Positions 1 through 11,545 of a stretch of DNA of 64,000 nucleotides are shown piece after piece. Numbering within the stretch: position 1 is the first letter of the stretch; the number at the start of each line of letters is the position of its first letter. Made by a program: the position numbers and the translations under genes. The DNA is from Selaginella moellendorffii (lineage: Eukaryota > Plantae > Lycopodiophyta): the NCBI RefSeq assembly GCF_000143415.4, contig NW_003314263.1, positions 4,012,500 to 4,076,499 of the forward strand, written 5' to 3'. Under the pieces are notes generated by a model. It ran no database searches. It saw only the letters and a program-made list of their open reading frames with translations, and had not been told where the DNA came from.

Positions 1-500
1 GTTGTCTTCGGACATGGTTTCAGCAATCTTTGAGGAAGCATAGTTATTGGACCAGCCTTCTTAGCATCAATCTCTAGGACCTGGACGATGGAATGTTCTA
101 TGACATCACTAGAGTGCAAACACACTTTAAGCTTGCTTACATGAAATATTGAATGAATTTTTGAATTAGTTAGCAAGTCCAAAGTGTAAATAAGATCCCT
201 CACATGCTATAAAATTGTCTAAGGCCCACAATACCGTGAAGACAACTTAGTACTATGACCTCCTTTAAGAGACCATTGTGCATCTGACAATTTAAAGAAA
301 ACTTTATCACCAACTTTGTACTCAATAATGACAATGTTCATCAAACAATTTTTTGTCTTGATCTTAAATTTGCCTCATGTTTAGCTTTGCCAACTCAAGC
401 TTGTCTTGCATATCCTTTAGGAAATCATAAGCACGAGGCACTTGAACCTTGGGATAACCACCTAGAATAAATCTTTGGATATAGCTGCATTAAAATAAAC
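1..500 (-). mobile_element. Ty3/Gypsy integrase C-terminal remnant (GPY/F region), degenerate
   Basis: Minus-strand translation around 120-260 reads GHSTKLSSRYCGP*TIL*HVRDLIYTLDLLTNSKIHSIFHVSKLK, the KL..R..GP / IH..FHVS.LK integrase tail, with stops. Confidence 0.7.
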
Positions 501-859
501 TCAAGTATATCTATAAAAAAAGTAAATATTACTAATATATATCCTTATATATCCTTATATATCTACCTATGGTATAAAAAAAACAGATCCAAGCTATTAC
601 TAATTTTTATACTTTGAACACCTCACCAATTGTGATCTTTTACATTGTGGTACTATAATTGAAAACATAAAATAAAAAATTAAACATTTTAGAACTTATA
701 TAAATATATTTACCATTTTTAGTGACTAGTTGTGTTGTATGCTTATTACCAAAGTTCATGAAAAATTCTTTTACTTTTTCTTCATCACCTTAATCCAATA
801 AGTAAGTTTTGGTTGATGGTTGAAAGGTTATATTAATCAAGCTGATAATTAATTTCAAA

Positions 860-2004
860 GTGACTGACTTGTGATCCCCCTAATCATGAGTCCATACTTG
901 AGAATCCTTTTTTATTTTGTCCTGGTAAAGATTCAGCCTAACTTAGTAGGATTGTATGTCACCCAAGTCAATGATTTCTAATGTCTCTTGCTATCTATTT
1001 CCTACCTTCTTTGCCATTTTTTGCACCCAGCCAATATACTATGTTGACTCAAAAAGAATAGCTATATCTGCTCCATATCCAAGACTTGTTATTGTTTTAG
1101 CTTGCGATTTTTATCTTGTATCATAAACTCTTATTTTTACTCATGCCAATCTGTCCTTGAATAAGAAAGAACTCCTATTTAAATGTGCAACGAGAGTGCT
1201 TTTAGCAATCTTTTTGGACTCAACTTCCAGAAATGGCTTGAACTTTTTGTGTTGTTGCATTTGTGATTGAGGTAGTGCTTCTTCTTCATCAATCATACTA
1301 TCAAAAGTATGTTGTAGTTCCAACGATACTACCAGCTCTTCATCATTATAAGTGATACTGCTTTCCACCTCTTCTAGAACATCTCTCTCATCACCTGTTC
1401 CATTCATAGCTTCTAGTGCTTCTACTACCTTTTCATGAAAAAAATCCTCATATTTCCTTGTCTTGCAATATCCAAAGTTGCCACAGCCTATACACAAAAA
1501 ATAACTGAAATTAGTCTCTAAGTATAAGTAAAGCAAACTTGAAGAAGAAAGATGTTTTTGCAGCAACTTTGATACAACATTTTAAACTCATAGTTGGAGA
1601 CAAGAAGATGTCAATATAATCTACCATAATACTTAAGTATGTTTTAGTTCCTTCACTAAGTTCACTTGGTTGCAATCCATCACCCCATAGCATGCATATG
1701 CAATCTTGAACTTTCTTGGATGCTAGTCTTTGTGTAGCAGCCCAGTTTGACGATCCTTCCCATCTTGATTCAAGCCATGATCATGTTTTGGAAGAGTAAC
1801 AAAGACTTCCCTAACATGATTCAATGTTGCTAAGAACTTCCTGAGGATAAGATTTCTTGAAGAATTTAGTGGATTGGTAAGTTTTTTGCTATTGTAGATG
1901 AATTCTTGATCATGTAGTCTATAAATAGACCCATCCTCTTTTTGTAATGTTGTAAAGACCTAGCCATCCTAGTAAATTCTAAAACAATCATCATCTATAG
2001 CTTG
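860..2004 (-). pseudogene. Degenerate DNA transposase remnant, P-element/THAP9-like
   Basis: Broken frames give LHDQEFIYNSKKLTNPLNSSRNLIL (cf. DxxH-x-KK-xRN), DRQ/NWAATQRLAS and GTKTYLSIMVDYIDIFLS (ORFs 1511-1693, 1141-1566). Frameshifts and stops are present, and the remnant is cut at 2005 by the Cassandra-like element. Confidence 0.45.
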
Positions 2005-2674
2005 TGTAAACTCCTAAATTTGGACTTCTCAGAAGGTCACCCAACCCAGTACTATTCAAACCTAAAGACACTTAATCCTAAATATTTCAAGAGTTTTAAC
2101 TAATTTGAAAAGAGGGTGCACTCTTGTTCATAAGCCATTTTCCCTATATATTTGAACCTTTATGGATTGTCTCTCAAGTTATTCTTTTTCATTGCTTATA
2201 ATCCACCACACTTCCTTGCAAGTTCACGCCCTTGTGAACAGAAGTTGAGAGCCACAGTTCTCTCAAGAGCCTTACTCTCTTGACACTCTATCCCTTGGGT
2301 CAAACCCAGTTGGAGCAAACTAGACTTGCCAAATGTTAATTAACATATAGTGTGATTCCCTTAGCCAACCAATAGAATTAAATTCGAGACCCCCTCTAAT
2401 ACCAAATGTAAACTCTTGAATTTACCAATAGAATCGAACTCGAGACCACCTCTGATTCTAAATATAAGCTCCTAAATTTACCAATAAAGTCGGACTTGAG
2501 ACCCCCTCTGATACCAAATGTAAGCTCTTGAATTTAAACTTCTTAGGAGGTCATTTAGCCCAGTATTATTTAAATGTAAGCTCTTAAATTTGAACTTCTC
2601 TGGAAGTCACCCAACTCAATACTATTCAAACCCAAAGATGTTTAATCCCAAATATTCCAAAACCTTTAACTGAT
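2005..2674 (-). mobile_element. Cassandra-like TRIM with 5S rRNA-derived LTRs (3' LTR 2005-2285; 5' LTR from ~2519, truncated)
   Basis: 2022-2090 and 2592-2660 resemble the reverse complement of the plant 5S rRNA internal promoter region (GGACTTCCCAGGAGGTCACCCATCCTAGTACTACT...CTTAAC). TG/CA ends, PPT at 2286-2296, tRNA-Met PBS (ctctgatacca) at 2506-2516 and a tiny non-coding interior. Confidence 0.75.
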
Positions 2675-3082
2675 TGTAGAGAGGTACATGCATTTTGCAT
2701 CGTGATTTTCGCACAAAGGCATATCCTGAGTTAGGAATTGAGATCAGGATTTCTCCCGGTCTAAATTCTTGACTTGGATGACTAGGCATGTAGTGGTTAT
2801 ATAGGCTGGTGATAGCATGCCAGACTTATCCCCTTTCTGTCTTTTATATCCTTGGCCATAATAACATACACTCCACTTGCTCAACATCTACTCTTCTCTT
2901 CTATGCCTATCTTGCTCACTGCCTTCTGGGGATCAAGGCTGTGAGATGTGCATCAATCTCAGCATCAACATCTTTGCAATAGCACATGGCTACGTATTTC
3001 TTTCCTTTTTATGTTTGGATCTAGTTTAGATTAGAGAGGATTCACAAGATTATTGTAGAGGTGATTTTGTAGTTCTCCACTT

Positions 3083-3099
3083 TGGCGACCACGGTGGGA
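3083..3099 (+). promoter_or_regulatory. Primer-binding site complementary to the tRNA-Arg 3' end
   Basis: tggcgaccacggtggga lies 3 bp after the CA LTR end and is nearly complementary to the plant tRNA-Arg(UCG) 3' end ...UCCCACUGUGGUCG-CCA as I recall it. Confidence 0.7.
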
Positions 3100-3581
3100 T
3101 AGGCGAAGTAAAGAGCACCCAAAGAATAAATACTGGAAGCCTTAGCCACAACTAAAAGAAGAAGCTGAAGTCAAGAATCAAGGGAAAAGTAAAAAAGAGA
3201 CAAAAAGAAGAAAATCGACAAAAATCTACAGTAAGAAGCATGGCAATCATGCTAGAGACCAAGTGTTTAAAGACTACAATCATCTAGTGATCGCCCACTT
3301 CTCAGAAAGTCTAAGCATCTTCCATAACCACCTCTTGGTAAGAGGTTGAAGACAAAGAATATTCTACACATCAGAATATTTGAAGAATCTCCGACAAGAA
3401 ATCAAAACAAGCAAGTGTTAATGAGTATGAAAACATGAAGAACACTTGAAGATTGAAGCCACCCAAGTCGTGGAAAACTTGGAGTGTGAGCATAATTGCT
3501 TTTAGCAAGAGGTTGAAGAAAATGGAAATTTCAAGAATCTGCAACAAGGAAATGACCAAAGAAAAATTCTAGCGAGGAAGA

Positions 3582-3911
3582 ATGAAAAAGCATGACTGCC
3601 CATTTGGAGACACAAGCTGTACAAGATACGAAGATTGCCTTTTGTGTGGTTTCAAAAATTGTGCAAAACCATACAAGCAATGCTATCCAAAATGGCAATG
3701 TAACATTTGCAAGCAAGCAAAAGAAAGACTCCAAATCAGGGATGAAAATGCTACAGTAGAAGAGAGAAAGAAACGGGAAGAAATAGCCCAAGAAGATGAC
3801 ACTAAAAAGAATAACGATAGTTTAGAAAAAGAAGAGAAACAAAACTTCGGTTGCTTTCAAAAACTTCAAGAAACACTTTTGCGACTCTTTTACAAATTGT
3901 TTAGCAAATAG
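3582..3911 (+). CDS. Cys-rich small ORF upstream of gag (extra retroelement ORF), unknown function
   Basis: 109 aa with HDCP..C...CLLC...C.....C....CNIC followed by a charged segment; lies between the PBS and gag. Confidence 0.3.
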   Translation: MKKHDCPFGDTSCTRYEDCLLCGFKNCAKPYKQCYPKWQCNICKQAKERLQIRDENATVEERKKREEIAQEDDTKKNNDSLEKEEKQNFGCFQKLQETLLRLFYKLFSK

Positions 3912-4236
3912 GAAGAATGTGAAAATGAGGAAATGTTGAAAGAAAAACATATTTACTTCGATTTCTTTGCAACTCAAAGAACCCTGACTTGGGTGTATCG
4001 CGGACATATCTTTCAACAAACAATTATCGAATTCCTAGGCATACATAAACATGAATGAATCTATTAACACTTGTTTTCAACATTGATTTGACAAGACTTT
4101 TAGCAATAAGAGTGTGGAACCTTTGAACCACAAGTTCGTTGGTTTGTTGACACACTTAGATTTAGAGATTTTGAAGAGAATGCAAAATTACTTTACCGAC
4201 TTCTTCAAAGTCCTCTGGATGTAACACTACCAACAA

Positions 4237-4734
4237 TGTAGTGCATGTGATCATGGGATGAGATTTGAATATACTGTCACCGTGCATCCTTGGCACCTTG
4301 GGAGATAAATGGGGATAAAATAGCCATTAAGGGCTCTCTCATCAAGCAATTGCCCTTTTTCCAGTTGGCTTAAGGGGAGAGAGATGGGGTGTGCTACAAT
4401 TGGTATCAGAGCAAATGGCACGGGTTCGATTCCATTGATTAGTGGCTACTTAAAAATATAATATACCCTTGAGCAAGGTATATTCCTACCCCTAAATTTG
4501 AAATCGTACGTATTGGGCATCCATGCGTACGTCCTTCTTCTTGTGTGGAGTATCCACAGACGAAGGTATCCACTGTGGGACTGCGGTATAGGTGGATGAC
4601 TAGTTGCCTCACATGGAATAACTAGTCTACATAATGGAAAGATTGGTAGATTCAGTGTGGAAATGGAGGTGCTGGTTCCCCTTGGCTTAGTAGGGGTTGC
4701 TAGTAAATAGTCAATGAGGACATTGACATCATGG
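4237..4734 (+). mobile_element. Nested TRIM-like non-autonomous LTR element (LTR 4237-4398, Met PBS 4401-4412); 3' end falls in N gap
   Basis: Short LTR tgtagtgcat...gtgtgctaca immediately followed by tggtatcagagc, then a short non-coding interior that runs into the gap. Confidence 0.6.
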
Positions 4735-5867
4735 NNNNNNNNNNNNNNNNNNNNNNNNNNNNNNNNNNNNNNNNNNNNNNNNNNNNNNNNNNNNNNNNNN
4801 NNNNNNNNNNNNNNNNNNNNNNNNNNNNNNNNNNATCACGAAATCAACCATAGAGAAAAGCGCATTGGATAGATTTGCGCACACATAGGCTTACAGCAAC
4901 AAGAATCTGTTAGAATCCATACTTTGATGTGTGGATGTCACTTGAGACAAGAAACATACAAGAATTAGGACATTAAAAATACAACCACTGCTGTATTCAG
5001 CATCTTCAGATCTTACCAATGACTGGGAAACACAATAGCTTGTAGTGAGAGCTTGCATTCCAAAACAACCAACACACTGCAAGAGATTAAAACAATTATT
5101 CAAGATTGGACTACTAGAGAGAATTGCAATCATTTGCATACCTGCTCGATCCCAAAGTTGGCGAGCAATATCCAAAATTTACTAGCGAATAGCTAAATCA
5201 ATCAATTTATGACAAAACAGACTTCCTTCCAACAAACAAAATAGTGCATACTTACACCATCTGATTTTTCAAATACAAGACCTTTCCTAAGCTAGACTCA
5301 GGAAAGTGACCTCGAGAAAAAACTCAAGAAGAATTGAGAAAGAAAAACTCGATTGAAGACTCAAGACAGAAGAGCTTGACTTCACATTTATACTATAAAA
5401 TCAAAACTTGCAACAGACTCAAGATGTAAGAGCTTGACTTTGCAATCTATAAAGAACAACAATTGACTCAAGACAATTTAGGCGAAACACAAATTCAGGA
5501 AACTTTCCTCAACATTCAAGTTGAGAAGACTTAGCAAACTGAATGTACAAACAAAAACCAAACCCAATCAAGATCCGGGAAAGAGAACTTTGACAAAAGA
5601 ATCAAGAAGTGAAAAAGGAAGAGGTAGTGAAAGAAAAATTAGAACAACAACAACGACAAATTTTAGAAACGATTTTAAACAAGTACGACAAAGAGGATAA
5701 ACAAATTCAAGTTGCTAAGTTGAGAAACCCAAAGAGATAACAAAGAACTGAATATCAAAGACGCCCCAAAGTTTGAGACATTTGAAGAAGCAGAATACAT
5801 AGCACTAGATTACTCAAATCCGGACTCACCAAAACAACAACTCAACCAACAAAGTCTACAACCACCT

Positions 5868-7690
5868 ATGGCAATCATCAATCCAATGAGTACAATTGGA
5901 AGCATGGTTACATATCCAATTTTCACGGGAAGTAAGTTAGAAGATTCAGAATTACATGTAAAACAATTCAACCAAATTGTCAAAATGAACAATCAAGAAC
6001 AGCATCAAGCCATACTTTTCCCATACACACTTAAAGGAAAAGCTCTTGAGTGGTATCATACACTAGAGGATTCTGTACCACATGACGAGAAACTTGAACA
6101 ATTCAAGGAACAATTCCCAGCTGGAGGAACACTAGAGGAGCATTATGAGCAAATTAAGAATATAAAACAGTGACCAAAGGAAGGAATTCAAGACTATACT
6201 AGACGATTCAAATTACATGCAAAGAAATGTAAAGATCTCATCACCGACAAAGGCAAGAATTTGTTTTATATACAAGGATTACAAGAAGCCTATTGCAACA
6301 TGATCGCATTGGCTGATACACCTGATGAAGAAAGTGTTGATTCACTGTCTCAAGGAATCTTAAAACTTGAGAAATGGTTTAAGCAGTTCACTAAAGGTGA
6401 ATCTTCTCATGTTAATGATGACTGGGATGATGAAGAGGAAGAAATACTAATCAGGACCAAAAAGAAATAGATACAGGGAAAAGACATTAGACATGTATTG
6501 AAGAAATTAGCTTCAACAGAACTTAAACAAAAAATCTTTTGTACAAAATGCAAAAATGAAGGACATTCTATTTCAGACTGTAAATTCCATTTACCCAATG
6601 TCAGATTTGTGATAGAGAAGGACATATAGCCAAGAATTGTTGATATAGGAATACCACCAAAGTTTCAAGAGTGGACAATATTCAACGAGGAACACAACGA
6701 CAAAATTATCAAGGAAACAACAACCAAGAACAAAGACCACCAAGAAATTATTATTACCAAGATAATCAACAATATAATCAAGGATATAATCATGGATATA
6801 ATCCCCCACAAAATCAAAACTATGGTCAAGGGCAAAATGATTATAGAGGCAATTACAACCAACAACGATACAATGGACACCAAAACAATTATCAACGTTC
6901 ACAATGGAACAACTACAACCAAAGCCAACAAAGGCAATATAATAATTACAACAATCAAGCATCGCAACAGAATTATCAACCAAGACAAAATCAGCCACAA
7001 AAAAATCAAATTCATCAACAATACAATCCACAAAACCAAAGAGTCAATCAAGCTCCTACTGAAAGACCACTAGCAACACCAGTAATTCAAGCAGCAGTTG
7101 CTGTAGAAGATGAAGAACAACTAAGGACTAAAGAACCAGAAGTTTGGCAATCACAAGAACACAATATGAATGTCAACATCCTAATAATTATGAAGAACAA
7201 GATGAAAGTGATCACACATTAAAAATCGAGAATACTGAGTGGAAAAAGAGTAAGAAAATACTTAACACCATTTAACAAGAGCTTTAAAACAAAGATCCCA
7301 AAATTATTAATGATCAAATATACAATCAAGACAACCAAACTCAAGTATTAAACTTTACTCAAGATGAGCATACAACCATTGTCGAGCACATACTACAGTA
7401 GGGAATTACTTTAACCCTACAACAAATATTGCAAATAGCACTATATATGAAAGACCAAATCTTAAAGATATGTAATCGAAAGATCCCTGAAGCCCACACA
7501 CAAGAAAAACACCAATCTTAACCAACACAACAAGAACAAGCTAAACGAATTCAATCCGGTGATTATGATGATAATGTACCTTGTATCAATGTACATATCG
7601 GCAAAAATCATATTGAAAGAGCTATCCTTGATGGGGGTTAATATCATTGAATATGCACTATGCAAAGCTTTAGAATATGCACTATGCACA
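5868..7690 (+). pseudogene. Gag (capsid domain, two CCHC zinc knuckles, Q/N/Y-rich tail) and aspartic protease remnant
   Basis: YPIFTGS...LFPYTLKGKALEWY; CTKCKNEGHSISDC and CQICDREGHIAKNC (~6540-6640); Q/N-rich ORF 6671-7222; RAILDGG at ~7618; several stops and frameshifts. Confidence 0.8.
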
Positions 7691-7695
7691 TTGAA

Positions 7696-7860
7696 TCCGA
7701 CCAAGAGGGCTATAGGAGCTGCGTCAATAACTCCACTTCCTGCCAGGCCTACATAACGTACCAAGCTCTCCAAGATGACACTCTCCAGCCAGTCGGCCTC
7801 TGCTTTCGATTGAGCGTGGAGCAGCTTGCTGAGGCCTTGCAAATTGCCCAATGTATGACA
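7696..7860 (+). pseudogene. Fragment of a LysM receptor-like kinase ectodomain (first LysM)
   Basis: SDQEGYRSCVNNSTSCQAYITYQALQDDTLQPVGLCFRLSVEQLAEALQI resembles GY.C...SCQAY plus a LysM DTL...F..S...LA motif. It is GC-richer than its flanks. Confidence 0.5.
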
Positions 7861-9439
7861 CGTGAACTGTAATTTGTGCCCTAAAATGGAAATTACATTT
7901 CCAGTGATTTCAGCAATTTGATCCTAGTGATTCTAGCACTGTTAAGCAATGGTGCCTAATTGGGCATGGTCCCATGTTGCCAAACTCACTCTTTATGCTT
8001 CTAGAAAAGGAGTTAGAAAAATTGAAGAAGTTGATTTATATGCACAATAACACTATAGTGGTGGATCATGTTGAAAATGAAAGAATGAAGTTCTTAAAGA
8101 TCAATCTTGACACAATTGCAATTAAACCATAATGGATGAGAATTTAGCCAAGAGATGCAAGCTAGGCTTGAATCCCTTGGTATAGAGGATTTAGCCAAAA
8201 AAGATATTCCAAATGAAAATGTGATTGTTGAGGAAGATACTAAAGATATCAAAGAAGTTACTGGAGATGTTGAGAAGATGAATAGTAGTTGATTTGGTTT
8301 GGTCTAATGCTTTGGTTTTCCTAGTTTTATTAGTTTGGTTTTACTAAAAATATTTTCTTTTAATCAAAAAAATTTTATGAACTGTTTGGCCGTTCGGCAC
8401 TTTCACAGCCAGTTAATAACCATAGTCAGTTGGTTGGTTAGTTGCCATTCGAAATGGTTAAAACCAACTTTAGTTGTGGATATATGTGCTCAATGTGGCT
8501 ATGGCTAATGGTTAAGGATTTTGCTTAAAGTTTCACTTTTACTTTAGGTTGTTGGAAGTGTGGCTATGGTGGCTTTTGGCTATGTTGCTAGTCGACATAT
8601 GCTCCCTGGTGGATCCTTGGTCATCCTTGTATGGCTATGGCTGTTGAGACCTTTGATTTTGGCCATGTTTTCTATTGATAGGTTTTTTCTTTCAGATCTA
8701 ATACTAACTTTGTTCTAAATGGTGTAGTGCACCTTGGAATTGGCAGATCTAGTAAGCAATTGCATGTTAGATGTCCCATTTTTGGTCGACAGATGTCTAT
8801 AAGGTTTCAAGGTCTTGCTTCGCTACTAGGTGTTTGTGTTTGGCCTGTGGTTGTGATTTAATTCACAGCTTGCCTGATGTGTGCTACATTTGTGTTCACG
8901 AGTTTAATCTTGCTTGAGGGTTTTGTTTTGTTTGTATTCACTAGGCGTGGATGTTTCTTTCGCTCTGTGGTCTCACTTGTTGTTTTGCCTTCTGGCCATT
9001 GGCTATGGCTGCAAGTGGACCTTGTTGTGGCTGGCTGTTTTTTCCGTGTTGGCTTAAGTTGGTTGTTGTGTATACAGAAAATGTGTCTTGGCTTTGGAGA
9101 TGCTTATTATTCTTTACTAGGCTGCCTACAAGTGCATTTGTCTTTTGGTGGTTATGTTATGGCGTTGTAACTGGTTTCTTGGTTTTTTTTTCTTACTTAT
9201 TCTATTGTTTACAGAAACAAAAATAACATATTGGTGTGACGCTTATATCTCTCTCAAACAGCCAGCAGCAGTACAGAGGATAGCAATAGGACAGAAGAGG
9301 ATCAACACTGAAACATTTAGTTTTTGTCACTTTTAAGTAAATAAAGTACAATAGTATTGTCACTCTAAGCTCTAAAATTTTTTCCATAGTGTCTCTCAAT
9401 GTTATGCCATCTTTAACTAAATAAAAAGACCTTTATGAA

Positions 9440-10640
9440 AGGTAGCTTGCATCATGGTTAAATCTGTCAAGGTTAAAATCTTCTATGAACCTATCATTCC
9501 ATGTGATCATTAAGTTATGCAACACGCAGCAAGCCATGATGTTGTTCGCAAATATGCCTGAATATCCTCTAAATCCCTTCCAAGCTAGTAATTTCCTCTT
9601 TAAAATTCCAAAAGATCACTCGACAAAAATCCTCATAGAAGAATGAAGGAAGTTGTATTGCTCTTTGCCATGAAACCAATTTGGATATAGGACCAAAACC
9701 GGTAAAGCACAATTATATCTTCCATCAGCAATGATATACTATGGAATGTCCCCAAACTCTATGTGGTACACTCAACCACATAAACAATTCTTCTCAATCC
9801 AAGCCTTTTTCAAGCCACTAGAATTCCAAACTCATTGATTTGGAACACTATTTACTATCCATATTGTTATGTCAAGGAATGAAGTCTTACTGTTTACCAT
9901 GGCTTGAACTACCATCAAGTAGTACTTTTTTGCCTTAGCATACCAATCTGTTGCATCCTCTAATCCTGGGAGCTCGGTTGCAAAGTGAGTGAAATCCATT
10001 GCACCACAACAGTTTGGGAATTCATACAAATTCTAAAATCTTACTATAACTTCATTTATTCCCTTATCATCCAGCCAATAGATCATTAGTCCTTCATGCT
10101 CAAGCAATGCATACCTAGAATAGCATAGACAAACTTGAGTAGTGTATGAAGCCACTCCAAATGCATCACCAATTGTTTGCCCAATCCCTAGATGCCAAGC
10201 TTTTCAAAGCAATAGGTACTTGCTTTAAAACAGGCAAGTGCCACCTTGGTATTTTTGCCAAACCTAGAGGAGACCTCTTAGCCAATTTTGGAGCAAACTC
10301 ATCATAAAGAAAAGTGAATATAGATACTAAAACCTAAAAAACTTTTCTAAATCTTTGTGGATCTATATGAAGAACCTCAAGCTCTATTTGATACCACCAA
10401 TGGAAACTTCTCAACTTAATGTAATATGCACTAATCGATAGTCCTAAGAGCTCCTTTTTAGTGATCACTCTCTCAATAAATGAAGTTGTAGTAGGACATA
10501 GCATAGAAAGCACTATAGCAATTGCTTTCTCCACCATTTGAATAAATAAGAGCTTTCTTGAAACCAGAATTAAGATCATGTCCTCCTCCTCCAAAAAGAA
10601 CAACTTTACCAAATTTAAGTACCTCATCATAATCCCTACA
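9440..10640 (-). pseudogene. PIF/Harbinger DDE transposase (HARBI1-like) remnant
   Basis: FPNCCGAMDFTHF, MVVQAMVNSKTSFLDI, IIADGRY, YNFLHSSMRIFVE*SFGILK and IMACCVLHN motifs across broken frames. Confidence 0.8.
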
Positions 10641-11357
10641 AAATGGGAAATGATCTGTAGTCTATGTGGTTTTAACCCTTTATTATATGGCGATTTACCA
10701 TAGGATAATGATAAAGTGGAACTAAAACCCTCTATATGCCATGTATCACATGCCATATGTCCAAAGACAATGGAGTGGAACCCAAATTTCAGGGCCTTGA
10801 GCCACTGAATGAAGGGACGATGCCAAACTCCTAAGCATAGAGCCAAGGAGTGAAGAAACTGGAGCACGGAGTGACTCCCAAGTGTGCAGCCCAAAGAGCG
10901 AAGGGATAGAAGTATGGAGCAACTTCAAACAGTTCTAGAGTGCCCAGTATCCCAATGCCAAGACCAGCATGCAAAATGAAGCCAAACGAAGTATAGCACT
11001 ATTTCAGTATACTAGTGGCTTAATGCGAGGATATGGGTATTTCACTAGCTAGTATGGTGTGAAACTTAAGCTTAGACCCAAGCTGGATGCAAAACAAGGA
11101 CAAGCACATAAGAGGGAGCTAAATTATGCCTCAAGTTGGTCGACAATACCCGACCTACCCACTATCTCTACCATATATTTGCCCCCCCCCCCCCCCCCCC
11201 CCACCTTAAGGAACACATGTTTTGGGCTTTCACCCTAAGCCACCCTTAGTACAAGGAGTTAGTCTCTAGAACTAACTCAAAACTTACTAAATATGGAATA
11301 ACACTAGATTATGAATTTGGACATAGGACCAACACCATTGTGTTCAAGACAATCTTT

Positions 11358-11545
11358 ACATTCCATAAATATGCCAAATTAACAAATCAAAACACTTTCC
11401 ATAAATAGCAATTGGGACCGATTGGAACTAACACAAGAGGTATGATAAAAAGGGTGTTTGGCGAACACAATATGCTATCATCTTGCGAATATTGAAAGAC
11501 TAAGCTCAATAACACAAGGGTTCTCAACACTAACAAGTGCAAGCT
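11358..11545 (+). repeat. Dispersed repeat, copy 1 (inverted homologue at ~63790-64000)
   Basis: ttccataaatatgccaaatt...ttccataaatagcaattgggaccg...caagtgcaagc aligns by eye with the reverse complement of the window's last ~210 bp. Confidence 0.7.

Larger units (their letters stand above)
2675..7690 (+). mobile_element. Truncated non-chromovirus Ty3/Gypsy element (5' LTR ~2675-3079, tRNA-Arg PBS, gag-protease), 3' part lost
   Basis: The LTR runs tgtagag...ctcca and is followed by the PBS tggcgaccacggtggga. Gag with two CCHC knuckles and a protease motif lie downstream. Confidence 0.65.

Noticed and set aside
2022-2090. 5S rRNA gene
   Set aside because: Partial, degenerate and embedded in LTRs, so annotated as Cassandra-like instead.
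2368-2535. CRISPR-like short repeat array
   Set aside because: Tandem 56-bp units without unique spacers, in a eukaryotic context with no cas genes.
8877-9399. Hydrophobic/Cys-rich short ORFs
   Set aside because: They arise from T/G-rich composition and show no recognisable motif.
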